This document shows, in pieces, positions 20,918-30,172 of a DNA stretch of 64,000 nucleotides (its first letter is position 1; the number at the start of each line of letters is the position of its first letter). This DNA comes from Prochlorococcus sp. AG-679-M23 (GTDB taxonomy: Bacteria; Cyanobacteriota; Cyanobacteriia; PCC-6307; Cyanobiaceae), in assembly GCA_003208875.1 (NCBI GenBank), contig QCUR01000002.1, forward strand, positions 32,001 to 96,000. Direction: 5' to 3'. Below the pieces are notes generated by a model. That model did no database searches. It was given only the letters and a program-made list of their open reading frames with translations, and had not been told where the DNA came from. The translations under genes and the position numbers were made by a program.

Positions 20918-23674
20918 ATGAATGAGTCGAATGATGAACTTATATTAAATAATTATTTGCCTTCACAGGTAGAACAAAAATGGCAAAAGCAATGGGATAG
21001 TTTAAGAGCATTTAGTCCTAATCCTAGTGATAAAGGGGATCCTTTTTGTATAGTTATTCCGCCTCCAAATGTCACAGGGTCTTTGCATATGGGCCATGCT
21101 TTCAATACTGCATTAATAGACGTGATTATTCGTTTTCAAAGACTTCTTGGTAAAAATGTTTTATGTTTACCTGGTACCGATCATGCTTCAATAGCCGTTC
21201 AAACTATTCTTGAAAAACAATTAAAAACTGAGGGTAAAAATAGCGAAGATATTGGCAGAGAGGAATTTTTAAAAAGAGCCTGGATTTGGAAAGAGCAAAG
21301 TGGGGGTAAAATAATATCCCAATTAAAGAGGATGGGGTATTCCGTAGACTGGGAAAGGGAACGATTTACTTTAGATGAAAAATTGAATGAAGCAGTTGTT
21401 GAAGCATTTAATATTTTGCATGAGAAAAAACTGATTTATAGAGGTGAATATTTAGTTAATTGGTGTCCAGCATCTCAATCAGCAGTTAGTGATCTTGAAG
21501 TTGAAATGCAAGAGGTTAATGGATACTTATGGCATTTTAAATATCCATTAATTTCTGATCAGGGTCAAATGTTAGATGAATATTTAGAGGTTGCAACAAC
21601 TCGACCTGAAACCTTATTGGGAGATACCGCTTTAGCTGTAAATCCAAACGATGAAAGATATAAAAAATATATTGATAAAAAAGTGAAAGTACCTTTTGTT
21701 GATAGAGAAATACCTGTTATTTCTGACATACATGTTGATAAGGATTTTGGTACAGGTTGTGTAAAGGTTACCCCAGCTCATGATCCTAATGATTTTGCTA
21801 TCGGCAAAAGGAATAATTTAAAGCAAATCAATATAATGAATAAAGATGGAACTCTTAATATTAATGCAGGAAAGTTTCAGGATTTAGATAGATTTGATGC
21901 TAGAAAAAAAATCATAAAGGAATTAGATACTTTAGGTTTATTAACTAAAATAGAAAATTATAAAAATACAGTACCTTTTTCTGATAGAGGTAAAGTGCCA
22001 ATTGAGCCATTATTATCAACCCAGTGGTTTTTGAAAATGGACAATATTTCTTCAAGTTGTCTAGAAGAACTTGATTCTAAAAAGCCTACCTTTATTCCTC
22101 AGCGTTGGGAGAAGGTTTATAAAGATTGGTTAGATAATATAAATGATTGGTGTATTAGTAGACAATTATGGTGGGGACATCAAATTCCTGCATGGTATGT
22201 ATTAAAACAATCAGAAGACTCAATAGATCAAAATACTCCATATGTTGTCGCCAGAAATGAGAAAGAAGCATTAAGCAAAGCTACTAAAGAATTTGGGTCT
22301 AATTTGCAACTTATTCGAGATAAGGACGTTTTAGATACTTGGTTTTCAAGTGGTTTATGGCCTTTTTCTACATTGGGGTGGCCTAATATCAATGATGCAG
22401 ATTTTAAAAAATGGTATCCAAATAGTGTTTTAGTTACTGGTTTCGATATTATTTTCTTTTGGGTTGCAAGAATGACAATGATGGGAAAAACTTTTACGAA
22501 TAATATTCCATTCAAAGATGTTTATATTCATGGTTTAGTTCGAGATGAAAATAATAAAAAAATGAGTAAAAGTTCAGGTAACGGAATTGATCCTTTGCTG
22601 TTGATTGATAAATATGGTTCTGATGCTTTGCGATTTGCTTTACTTCGTGAAGTCGCTGGCGCTGGTCAGGATATAAGGCTTGATTATGATAGGAAAGAAA
22701 ATACTTCTTCAACAGTTGAAGCATCAAGGAATTTTGCAAATAAACTTTGGAATGCTACAAAATTTGTTTTAATAAATAAAACTTTTTCTGAAAATTGTTC
22801 TTTAAATGAGAGTGATGAAAAATATTTAGAATTATCTGATAAGTGGATTTTATCAAAATTAAATCAGTTGAATACAAAAGTATCTAATCTTTTACTTGAA
22901 TATAAATTAGGAGAATCTGCAAAATTATTATATGAATTTGCATGGAATGACTTTTGTGATTGGTATGTTGAATTTGCAAAACAAAAATTCAATAATAAAG
23001 AATCCCGTAAGAGAAAAATATCTGAAAAAATATTAATCAAAGTACTAACTGATGTGTTGGTTATGATGCATCCCTTTATGCCACATATCACTGAAGAACT
23101 TTGGCATAAATTGCAAATCAAACCTGAACAAATTTTATTATCTCTTCAGAAATGGCCTGTATTAGAAAAAAAATATATAAATTCTCAAATAGATAAATCC
23201 TTTCAAGAGCTCTTTGAAATAATTAGATTGATTAGAAATCTTAGGGTTGAGTTAGGACTTAAGCCATCTCAACTGGTTCCTGTCTACTTAATTTCAGATA
23301 ATGTTGAATTAACTAACTTTTTGAAAACTTTAATGGTTGATATTAAAACTTTTACTAAGTCATCTGAAGTTATTATTTGTAAATCTAAGGATATCGATAA
23401 AAATAATTTTGCTCAGTCTTTTTCTGGAATTATTGGTGATTTAGAAGTCTATTTACCCTTTAATGATTATGTAAATCTAGAAGCTTTAAAGGATAGACTT
23501 ACCAAGGATCTGAAAAAAGTTAATTCTGATATAGAAACATTAAATAAAAGAATATCTAACAAAAACTTTATAGACAAAGCTCCTAAAGATATTGTTGATG
23601 AATGTTTTGCCAAGTTGAAAGAAGGCAATTTGCAATCGGAAAGAATAAATAAAAAACTTAAATTATTAAAATAA
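20918..23674 (+). CDS. valS: Valyl-tRNA synthetase
   Basis: PPPNVTGSLHMGH, WCISRQLWWGH, DVLDTWFSS, KMSKS. ATG at 20918 (alternative TTG 20912). Confidence 0.98.
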   Translation: MNESNDELILNNYLPSQVEQKWQKQWDSLRAFSPNPSDKGDPFCIVIPPPNVTGSLHMGHAFNTALIDVIIRFQRLLGKNVLCLPGTDHASIAVQTILEKQLKTEGKNSEDIGREEFLKRAWIWKEQSGGKIISQLKRMGYSVDWERERFTLDEKLNEAVVEAFNILHEKKLIYRGEYLVNWCPASQSAVSDLEVEMQEVNGYLWHFKYPLISDQGQMLDEYLEVATTRPETLLGDTALAVNPNDERYKKYIDKKVKVPFVDREIPVISDIHVDKDFGTGCVKVTPAHDPNDFAIGKRNNLKQINIMNKDGTLNINAGKFQDLDRFDARKKIIKELDTLGLLTKIENYKNTVPFSDRGKVPIEPLLSTQWFLKMDNISSSCLEELDSKKPTFIPQRWEKVYKDWLDNINDWCISRQLWWGHQIPAWYVLKQSEDSIDQNTPYVVARNEKEALSKATKEFGSNLQLIRDKDVLDTWFSSGLWPFSTLGWPNINDADFKKWYPNSVLVTGFDIIFFWVARMTMMGKTFTNNIPFKDVYIHGLVRDENNKKMSKSSGNGIDPLLLIDKYGSDALRFALLREVAGAGQDIRLDYDRKENTSSTVEASRNFANKLWNATKFVLINKTFSENCSLNESDEKYLELSDKWILSKLNQLNTKVSNLLLEYKLGESAKLLYEFAWNDFCDWYVEFAKQKFNNKESRKRKISEKILIKVLTDVLVMMHPFMPHITEELWHKLQIKPEQILLSLQKWPVLEKKYINSQIDKSFQELFEIIRLIRNLRVELGLKPSQLVPVYLISDNVELTNFLKTLMVDIKTFTKSSEVIICKSKDIDKNNFAQSFSGIIGDLEVYLPFNDYVNLEALKDRLTKDLKKVNSDIETLNKRISNKNFIDKAPKDIVDECFAKLKEGNLQSERINKKLKLLK

Positions 23675-23675
23675 T

Positions 23676-24287
23676 ATGACTCCTATTTTTGAAAATATCT
23701 ATAACCTAGCCTATTTTTTTAATACAAATATTGGGATTTTTGCTTTCATCCTTTTATATATTTTAATTGTTTTATTAATTCTTCCTGCCTCTTGGTTATC
23801 TTTATTATCTGGTTTTTTATATGGTTCTTATCTCGGTTCAATTATAGTTTTTTTTGCGGCAGTTATTGGAGCTTCAGTAGCATTCTTTATTTCAAAAAGT
23901 TTTTTATCAATAAAGCTTAAAAAAGTTATTAATCGTTTTCCCAGATTAAGTCTTATGGAACAAGTAGTCCAGAAAGGTGGTCTGAAGTTAATCCTATTAG
24001 CACGACTTTCTCCCCTCTTCCCTTTCAGTATTCTTAATTATTTTTATGGGTTAAATAATATTAAATTTAGAAATTTTGCTCTTGGTCTTTTAGGAATCAT
24101 TCCTGGAACATTTCTTTATTGTTCTTTAGGCAGCTTGGCAAAAAGCTTGCAGGATTTAAAAAATTTACAGCCAACAAATAATTTATTTATAACAATTATA
24201 AGTGTTGTTTCTACTTTGATGGTGGTTTATTTTTCGGCAAAGTACGCTAAAGAATATATTAATGAGTCAAAAGAAATTAGTTTCTAA
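23676..24287 (+). CDS. TVP38/TMEM64 (DedA/VTT superfamily) membrane protein
   Basis: Hydrophobic protein with GFLYG, RLSPLFPFSILNY and GIIPGT motifs. Confidence 0.85.
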   Translation: MTPIFENIYNLAYFFNTNIGIFAFILLYILIVLLILPASWLSLLSGFLYGSYLGSIIVFFAAVIGASVAFFISKSFLSIKLKKVINRFPRLSLMEQVVQKGGLKLILLARLSPLFPFSILNYFYGLNNIKFRNFALGLLGIIPGTFLYCSLGSLAKSLQDLKNLQPTNNLFITIISVVSTLMVVYFSAKYAKEYINESKEISF

Positions 24288-24429
24288 TATTCCAATCTCT
24301 TATAGAAGCAATAATTACAAACCAAAAAAGTCTTAATTTTCCAAGCAAACTTTTATTAGATTGTAATTCAATATATTTTGATTGACCGCAAGGAGTTTTA
24401 ATATATTTGAAAAGATTTTTGTTATCCAT
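24277..24429 (-). CDS. Small hypothetical protein (about 50 aa)
   Basis: MDNKNLFKYIKTPCGQSKY...LRLFWFVIIASIRDWNIRN, downstream of the ligase. Start chosen at ATG 24429; the longest ORF starts at 24480. Confidence 0.5.
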   Translation of the reverse strand: MDNKNLFKYIKTPCGQSKYIELQSNKSLLGKLRLFWFVIIASIRDWNIRN

Positions 24430-24554
24430 AAAAATCAATATTCTAGGTAGTAATTTATTATCATTAATAGTGTATTTCATTATCTACTTTTTTAGTTTTT
24501 CATAATTTACTGCCAGCTTAAATATTTACTTCTATGAAACTAATTCCCTTAAAA

Positions 24555-25886
24555 TTATATTTTTTCACCTGGTTCGAAACCTCTAAAGCACTTGAATCTT
24601 GGGAACCTAAGACTGAATGTTTCAGCATCTTGAGATTGAGTTCTTGCATCAGCTCTGATTTCTACTAATTGGCCGATTAGTTTATCTCTTCCACTCCAAT
24701 ACTCTTCACGTTGAGAATCACTAAATCCACTCCCGCAATTAAGACTATAGTTATATTGATCATCTTTACCTTCAACCATGATTGCTCCAAGTCTGCCTTT
24801 GTTTCTGCCTGTCCCTTCCTCTATTGCTACAACTCTTAAGGTAACTTCTATGAATGGTTTTGCTTTTAACCAATTATGTGTTCTTTTGCATTCATACCAA
24901 CCATGAGGATTTTTAATCATCACGCCTTCATATCCTCCCTCTACTGCTGATTTGTTAAGTTCTACAAATCTACTTTGGCCTTCAGGAGTATCTAAATCCA
25001 CATTTTCCCATTCAAGTGTTTGGACATGTTTTAAAAGAGTTGCATTTTTTGCTACCCAATCTTTTACCAACATACTTCTAGTAGTTTGATCTTTTTCCCA
25101 TAAACCCTTCTTGAAATCTTTAATTGGACATAAATCAAATAAGTGTAAAACTGCATCTTTGGATTGTTTGCCATCTTTTCTATGTACTTGCTTCATTAGG
25201 TCTTGAAAATTAGCACTCATTACTTCACCGTCTAAGACTAAATCGTAGGGGGCAGGATTTTTCTCTAATACTTTTTCTATTTCTGTAATGATATGACCAA
25301 AGTTATTAAATTGTTTTCCGTTTCGAGAAAACATTTCTACTTTATTTTTTCTAATAATTGTTAATACTCTGACTCCGTCTAATTTAATCTCAATTTGTTT
25401 CTTCCCTATCATTTTCTTTTCATGGTTTGCGCTGTCATGTGCAAGGGGACATGAGAAGATAGGTATAGTATACTTTGGAAATTTTTTTGCAACTTTGTTT
25501 ATTGTTTTTTCAGAAACCCCACAACGAAGATCTTTAATCAATACTCGTCTATAAAATCCGTTCCATTGTTCTTTAGTTGCAGATTTCATAACTAAATTGA
25601 TCGCATCTCTAGCGGCATGCCCAGTAAGTTCTCTTTTGATTAATTGATTTGTTAATACTTTAAAAACACTCCATTTACATCCTTGACCAGATGTATCTTC
25701 TTTTTTTTCAGGTACTTGCTTTACACCAAAAGTTACTAAAGGATCTAAGGCCATAGTTATTCCCTCAAAAAAATCATTCAGCCCACTTTCCATTGCCTCA
25801 AAAATGATTTTTTCTTTATCTAATCTGCTTGGGTGTAATTCTAATTTTTTTATTATTTCTTCTTTCCGAAGTTCTTCATGTTTCAC
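24555..25886 (-). CDS. ATP-dependent DNA ligase with a T4 gp30-like N-terminal domain
   Basis: Motif I EIKLDGVR, III VLDGEV, IIIa LHLFDL, IV EGVMIK, V WLKAKP, VI LRFPRF. Confidence 0.93.
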   Translation of the reverse strand: MKHEELRKEEIIKKLELHPSRLDKEKIIFEAMESGLNDFFEGITMALDPLVTFGVKQVPEKKEDTSGQGCKWSVFKVLTNQLIKRELTGHAARDAINLVMKSATKEQWNGFYRRVLIKDLRCGVSEKTINKVAKKFPKYTIPIFSCPLAHDSANHEKKMIGKKQIEIKLDGVRVLTIIRKNKVEMFSRNGKQFNNFGHIITEIEKVLEKNPAPYDLVLDGEVMSANFQDLMKQVHRKDGKQSKDAVLHLFDLCPIKDFKKGLWEKDQTTRSMLVKDWVAKNATLLKHVQTLEWENVDLDTPEGQSRFVELNKSAVEGGYEGVMIKNPHGWYECKRTHNWLKAKPFIEVTLRVVAIEEGTGRNKGRLGAIMVEGKDDQYNYSLNCGSGFSDSQREEYWSGRDKLIGQLVEIRADARTQSQDAETFSLRFPRFKCFRGFEPGEKI

Positions 25887-25903
25887 AAGTTTTTGAACCT
25901 TTC

Positions 25904-26323
25904 CTAATTTACTTTAGCTATTCTGTCTATCTTCCAATCTTTATCACTTTTTGAAAAAGTAAAATCTAAGGGAAGCTCATCTTTCTTATCCTCAGATTTT
26001 AAATTTAAAGTAATTATGATTTGATCTTCTTGAACTCTTGGTCTACCTGACTTTAGATTTCTATACTTATTTAAATTTAAGCCAGCTAAAAATTTTAAAA
26101 AGTCTTGACGTTTTACATGTGTTCTATAAGTTTTAGTAGTAAGTCCATATGCAGCGTCAATTCTACCTGCTGCTACTTGATCAAAAAATTTCCGAACTAA
26201 TGGATTAATTCCTCTAGCGCTTATAACAAGTTTAACAGCATTGAAGGTCCAAAAAGAAACAAGCACTGCTCCGCCAACCAATAAAGCTTTTACACCAATA
26301 TCTTTAACTAGTAATGCATCCAT
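25904..26323 (-). CDS. Hypothetical protein with an N-terminal membrane anchor and a possible NTF2-like domain
   Basis: 139 aa; N-terminal hydrophobic segment, FFDQVAAGRIDAAYGLT and C-terminal DWKIDRI. Confidence 0.7.
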   Translation of the reverse strand: MDALLVKDIGVKALLVGGAVLVSFWTFNAVKLVISARGINPLVRKFFDQVAAGRIDAAYGLTTKTYRTHVKRQDFLKFLAGLNLNKYRNLKSGRPRVQEDQIIITLNLKSEDKKDELPLDFTFSKSDKDWKIDRIAKVN

Positions 26324-26408
26324 TTTGTAATTAGTTTTCTTTAATTTTAAGAAAATAAATCGTCTTTGATGACTTTTTTTGTCAAAATAATACTAAATTT
26401 AATTGTTA

Positions 26409-26939
26409 ATGTCTCTAATTCCTCTTTTACCAGTATTTCATAAGTTTAATAGGCAATTTTTTGATCAATCTTTAACAACTAATAATAGAGACCCTTTAGT
26501 AAAGGTTAGATGGAGCGATAATAGATTAAAGACAACTGCAGGTTTTTATAAGCGTAAACAACTTAAAGGAGTAATTGATTCTGAAATAATTTTGTCAAAG
26601 CCAATTTTAAGTAAATTATCGTGTAATGAAATTCACAGTACTTTATGTCATGAAATGATTCATGCATGGGTAGATAGGATTTTGAATATTAATGAGATAC
26701 ATGGACCAAATTTTTTGAGTAAAATGAATGAAATTAACAAATTAGAAAATAATTTTCAGATAAGTATTAGACATAATTTTCCTGTTGAAAGAAAGGCATT
26801 AAAATATACAGGCAAATGTTTAAATTGTGGGGAGAAATATATGTATAGAAAAAGAATTAAAAACATTGCTTGTAAGAAATGTTGTAATTTGTTCTTTAAT
26901 GGATCATGGAATAAAAACTGTCTAATTTTGTTTGATTGA
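26409..26939 (+). CDS. SprT-family zinc-dependent metalloprotease
   Basis: WSDNRLKTTAG, TLCHEMIH (HExxH), HGPNF, zinc ribbon CLNC...CKKC. Confidence 0.85.
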   Translation: MSLIPLLPVFHKFNRQFFDQSLTTNNRDPLVKVRWSDNRLKTTAGFYKRKQLKGVIDSEIILSKPILSKLSCNEIHSTLCHEMIHAWVDRILNINEIHGPNFLSKMNEINKLENNFQISIRHNFPVERKALKYTGKCLNCGEKYMYRKRIKNIACKKCCNLFFNGSWNKNCLILFD

Positions 26940-27023
26940 TAATTGAAAAATGTGATTTTGTTTCTTTATTTAGAATTTCCTATTATGTTGTTGTAACTTG
27001 ATATTTAAAAACAAAGATAATTT

Positions 27024-27593
27024 ATGAATTCTCGCAGACCTAGAAACTTTAGAAATAATTTTGATAGAACATTACTTGATAAACAAGTTGACAAGATTTT
27101 TGAAACAGGCAGACAATTTGTTGACGGTGTATCAGGTTCTAGACCCGGTAAAAAAAGAAGTACTGATTTTCAAGGAATCTCTCGCAGGAATGTTAAAAAT
27201 GTCGGAAGATGGGTATCCGATAAAATGGATATGTTTTTTGAAGAAGAAGACGATGATTGGTCCGATCAGGAAAATAGTTATGAAGAGGCACAAGATATTA
27301 AATCTTTTTCAAGAGAATCTAAATTTATTGATGTTGAGAAACCATTTTCTAAGCGTCCTTTAGAGGCTTTATCTTTAAGGCAACCTAAAAGTATCCAGAT
27401 GGACGAACAAAAGAAGTTGCCTTATGGAAAATCAAACTCTTTTGATGAATGGCCGGATGATTCAGATTTAAAAGTTGATAGATGGCAAAGATCTTCTGAA
27501 AAAATCAATGAGATTAATGTAAATCAAGATAATCCAAAAACCGTTTCAAATAATGGAAGAAGTATTCCGAGGTCTAGACGAAGAAGAATATAG
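27024..27593 (+). CDS. Hypothetical, probably intrinsically disordered protein
   Basis: 189-aa ORF, highly charged with few hydrophobic residues; Arg-rich ends. Confidence 0.75.
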   Translation: MNSRRPRNFRNNFDRTLLDKQVDKIFETGRQFVDGVSGSRPGKKRSTDFQGISRRNVKNVGRWVSDKMDMFFEEEDDDWSDQENSYEEAQDIKSFSRESKFIDVEKPFSKRPLEALSLRQPKSIQMDEQKKLPYGKSNSFDEWPDDSDLKVDRWQRSSEKINEINVNQDNPKTVSNNGRSIPRSRRRRI

Positions 27594-28190
27594 ATTAGAG
27601 AAATTTTGAATTCCTGATGGACCTAACCAAGTTTCTAAAAGAGGATTGAAGACTTCGCGAATAATAGTAAGAGGTTTTTTATTACGAAAAAATCTGTAAT
27701 TTCTTGACCAAAATGGGCCTTCAAAACAAAATTCCTCCTCTAACCAATTTGAATTAACTATTGAAATGCTGTCCACTTCTCTAAATAATTCTGATCTATC
27801 TTGAGTTAAGTTTTTCCAGATTGGTTCTTCTTTTGACTTTAAATTTTGACTGACTTGTTGTGAATTCCACCAACTTTCAGCCCAGGCAAGATTTTTGTTT
27901 TGATTTCTAATCCAAACTTGCCTTCTAATTAAGGGTTCTTTTAATTGATCGATTTCTCTTGGACCCTCTTTTTCAAATAGAGGATCTATCTGCATAGATA
28001 TTAATCTGATTTTTGTTTCATGATTAGTTAAAAGCTGTAAATGTCTTGTTGGGCTGCCATCCCCTAGTAACATTAATTTCCATGCCCCAGATATTTTTGG
28101 TAAAGCATTTGCAACTAAAAAGGCAGTAGCTTTCTCTTCCCATAAAATTTTTGGTGATTTGAAGAGTTTATTGTTCAGTGCTATTACCAA
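27546..28190 (-). CDS. ubiC: Chorismate pyruvate-lyase (cyanobacterial UbiC/Ycf21 type)
   Basis: LLGDGSPTRHL, RRQVW, AWAESWW, PIW, IIREVF. Confidence 0.8.
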   Translation of the reverse strand: MVIALNNKLFKSPKILWEEKATAFLVANALPKISGAWKLMLLGDGSPTRHLQLLTNHETKIRLISMQIDPLFEKEGPREIDQLKEPLIRRQVWIRNQNKNLAWAESWWNSQQVSQNLKSKEEPIWKNLTQDRSELFREVDSISIVNSNWLEEEFCFEGPFWSRNYRFFRNKKPLTIIREVFNPLLETWLGPSGIQNFSNLYSSSSRPRNTSSII

Positions 28191-28196
28191 TATCTT

Positions 28197-30161
28197 TTAT
28201 GATGATAACTTTTTTTCAGCAAAACTAGTTTTCTTTTCTTTTTTTAGTTCCTTAATTTTGAGCCAAACTAGTAATGCTGTTAAATCAGCTTTACTTACAC
28301 CCGGTATCTTGGATGCATCACCAAAATTAGTAGGTTTTATCTTATTTAAATTTTCACGGGCCTCTAGAGATAAAGTATCTATTTGGTCATAATTAATTTC
28401 TGATGAAAGTGATTTGAGACTTTGACGATTTATCTGATCAATATTATTTTTTTGTCTTTTAAGGTAGCCTTCGTATTTAATATCTATTTCAACTCCTTCA
28501 ATTATTGATATTGGTAGAGTTTTATCTACCAAATCATATTTTATAAAATCAGAATAGTGAAGATTTGGTCTTTTTAAAAGCTCTTTTAATGTTGTTGATC
28601 CTTTAATTTTTGATCCACTATCTAACTCTATTTTTTTAGCGATCTCATCAGTACATTTTAAACGCGTATTTTCTAATCTTGAATTTTCTTCTTTAAGTGA
28701 TTTCATTTTATTCTTATGAGCTAACCATCTTCTTTCATCTATTAAGCCTATTTCAAAACCTAAAGGAGTTAATCTCCTATCAGCATTATCTCCTCTCAAG
28801 GTAAGTCTATATTCACTTCTACTTGTGAGGACTCTATATGGTTCTTTAAGATCTCTTGTAATTAAGTCATTTATCATGGTGCCTATATAGCTACTCTCTC
28901 TTGAAAATATTATTGGATCTTTCATATTTAGTTTTCTAGTTGCATTAATTCCTGCAACTAATCCTTGGGCAGCAGCTTCTTCATAGCCAGTTGTTCCATT
29001 GATTTGTCCAGCACTAAATAAATTTTCTATCTCATTTGTTTCTAATGATGACTTAAGTTGTGTCGCAGGGATGTATTCATATTCAACAGCATAAGCAGGC
29101 CTAAGCATTTTACATTTATTTAATCCTGGTAATGTTCTTAAAAGTTCTAATTGAATATTTTCAGGTAATCCAGTAGAGAATCCTTGTACGTATATTTCTG
29201 GTGTATTTATCCCTTCAGGTTCTAAGAAAATTTGATGTGAATTTTTGTCTGCAAATTTTACAATCTTGTCTTCTATTGAAGGGCAATATCTAGGACCTTT
29301 ACTATCTATAAATCCTCCATAGATTGGAGTTAAATGCAAATTATTGCGAATTAATTCATGAGTTTTTAAAGTTGTTCTTGTTATGTGACAACTTACTTGC
29401 GGCATATTGTTTTTGATTTTGGGATCAAACGAAAAATATTTATCTGCAGCTGTACTTGGTTGAATATCTAATTCATCAAAAGAAATACTCTTTTTATCCA
29501 CTCTTGCAGGAGTTCCAGTTTTTAATCGCTCAGTTTTTATTCCAAGATTATGTAAGCTTTGCGTTAATCCTTGTGCCGCTTGCTCTCCAGATCTCCCTGC
29601 AGACATTGATTTATTACCTATCCAGATTCTTCCTTCCAAAAAAGTTCCTGCAGTAATTATTATTGATTTTGCAGAATAGTAGGTTCCAAAAAAAGTTTTT
29701 ACTCCTTTGATTTTTTTAGTCTTTTTCTTTGAGTTATTGGTAAAAGTTTCAGCCTCTTTTATCACTAATTCAGTAATCATAGCCTCCTTTAACGAAAGAT
29801 TATCTGTGTTCTGGAGTGTTTCTATCATTCGTTTAGAGTATTCTCTTTTGTCTGTTTGAGCCCTTAATGCCCAAACAGCTGGCCCCCTACTCGCATTTAA
29901 AATTCTTTTTTGGATTGCAGTTTCATCAGCTAATTGTCCAATGATTCCTCCTAAAGCATCAACCTCATGGACTAATTGACTTTTTGCTGGCCCACCTACA
30001 GCTGGATTACATGGTTGCCAAGCAATCCTATCTAAATTTATTGTAAATAACGCAGTAGAAAATCCTAATTTTGCTGTCGTAATTGCAGCTTCACAACCTG
30101 CATGTCCCCCTCCAATAACAATAATGTCAAAAGACTCATTTGGGGATTGTGGATCTTTCAT
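28197..30161 (-). CDS. mnmG: tRNA uridine-5-carboxymethylaminomethyl modification enzyme MnmG (GidA)
   Basis: [55 protein letters not shown]. Confidence 0.97.
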   Translation of the reverse strand: MKDPQSPNESFDIIVIGGGHAGCEAAITTAKLGFSTALFTINLDRIAWQPCNPAVGGPAKSQLVHEVDALGGIIGQLADETAIQKRILNASRGPAVWALRAQTDKREYSKRMIETLQNTDNLSLKEAMITELVIKEAETFTNNSKKKTKKIKGVKTFFGTYYSAKSIIITAGTFLEGRIWIGNKSMSAGRSGEQAAQGLTQSLHNLGIKTERLKTGTPARVDKKSISFDELDIQPSTAADKYFSFDPKIKNNMPQVSCHITRTTLKTHELIRNNLHLTPIYGGFIDSKGPRYCPSIEDKIVKFADKNSHQIFLEPEGINTPEIYVQGFSTGLPENIQLELLRTLPGLNKCKMLRPAYAVEYEYIPATQLKSSLETNEIENLFSAGQINGTTGYEEAAAQGLVAGINATRKLNMKDPIIFSRESSYIGTMINDLITRDLKEPYRVLTSRSEYRLTLRGDNADRRLTPLGFEIGLIDERRWLAHKNKMKSLKEENSRLENTRLKCTDEIAKKIELDSGSKIKGSTTLKELLKRPNLHYSDFIKYDLVDKTLPISIIEGVEIDIKYEGYLKRQKNNIDQINRQSLKSLSSEINYDQIDTLSLEARENLNKIKPTNFGDASKIPGVSKADLTALLVWLKIKELKKEKKTSFAEKKLSS

Positions 30162-30172
30162 TATCGTGATGA

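Noticed and set aside
24492..24543. Imperfect inverted repeat ttagtttttcata / tatgaaactaa downstream of the ligase
   Set aside because: AT-rich, gapped, with a long loop; likely by chance at this base composition.
27061..27363. 100-aa same-strand alternative-frame ORF inside the 189-aa hypothetical
   Set aside because: TTG start, no recognisable motifs, fully nested.
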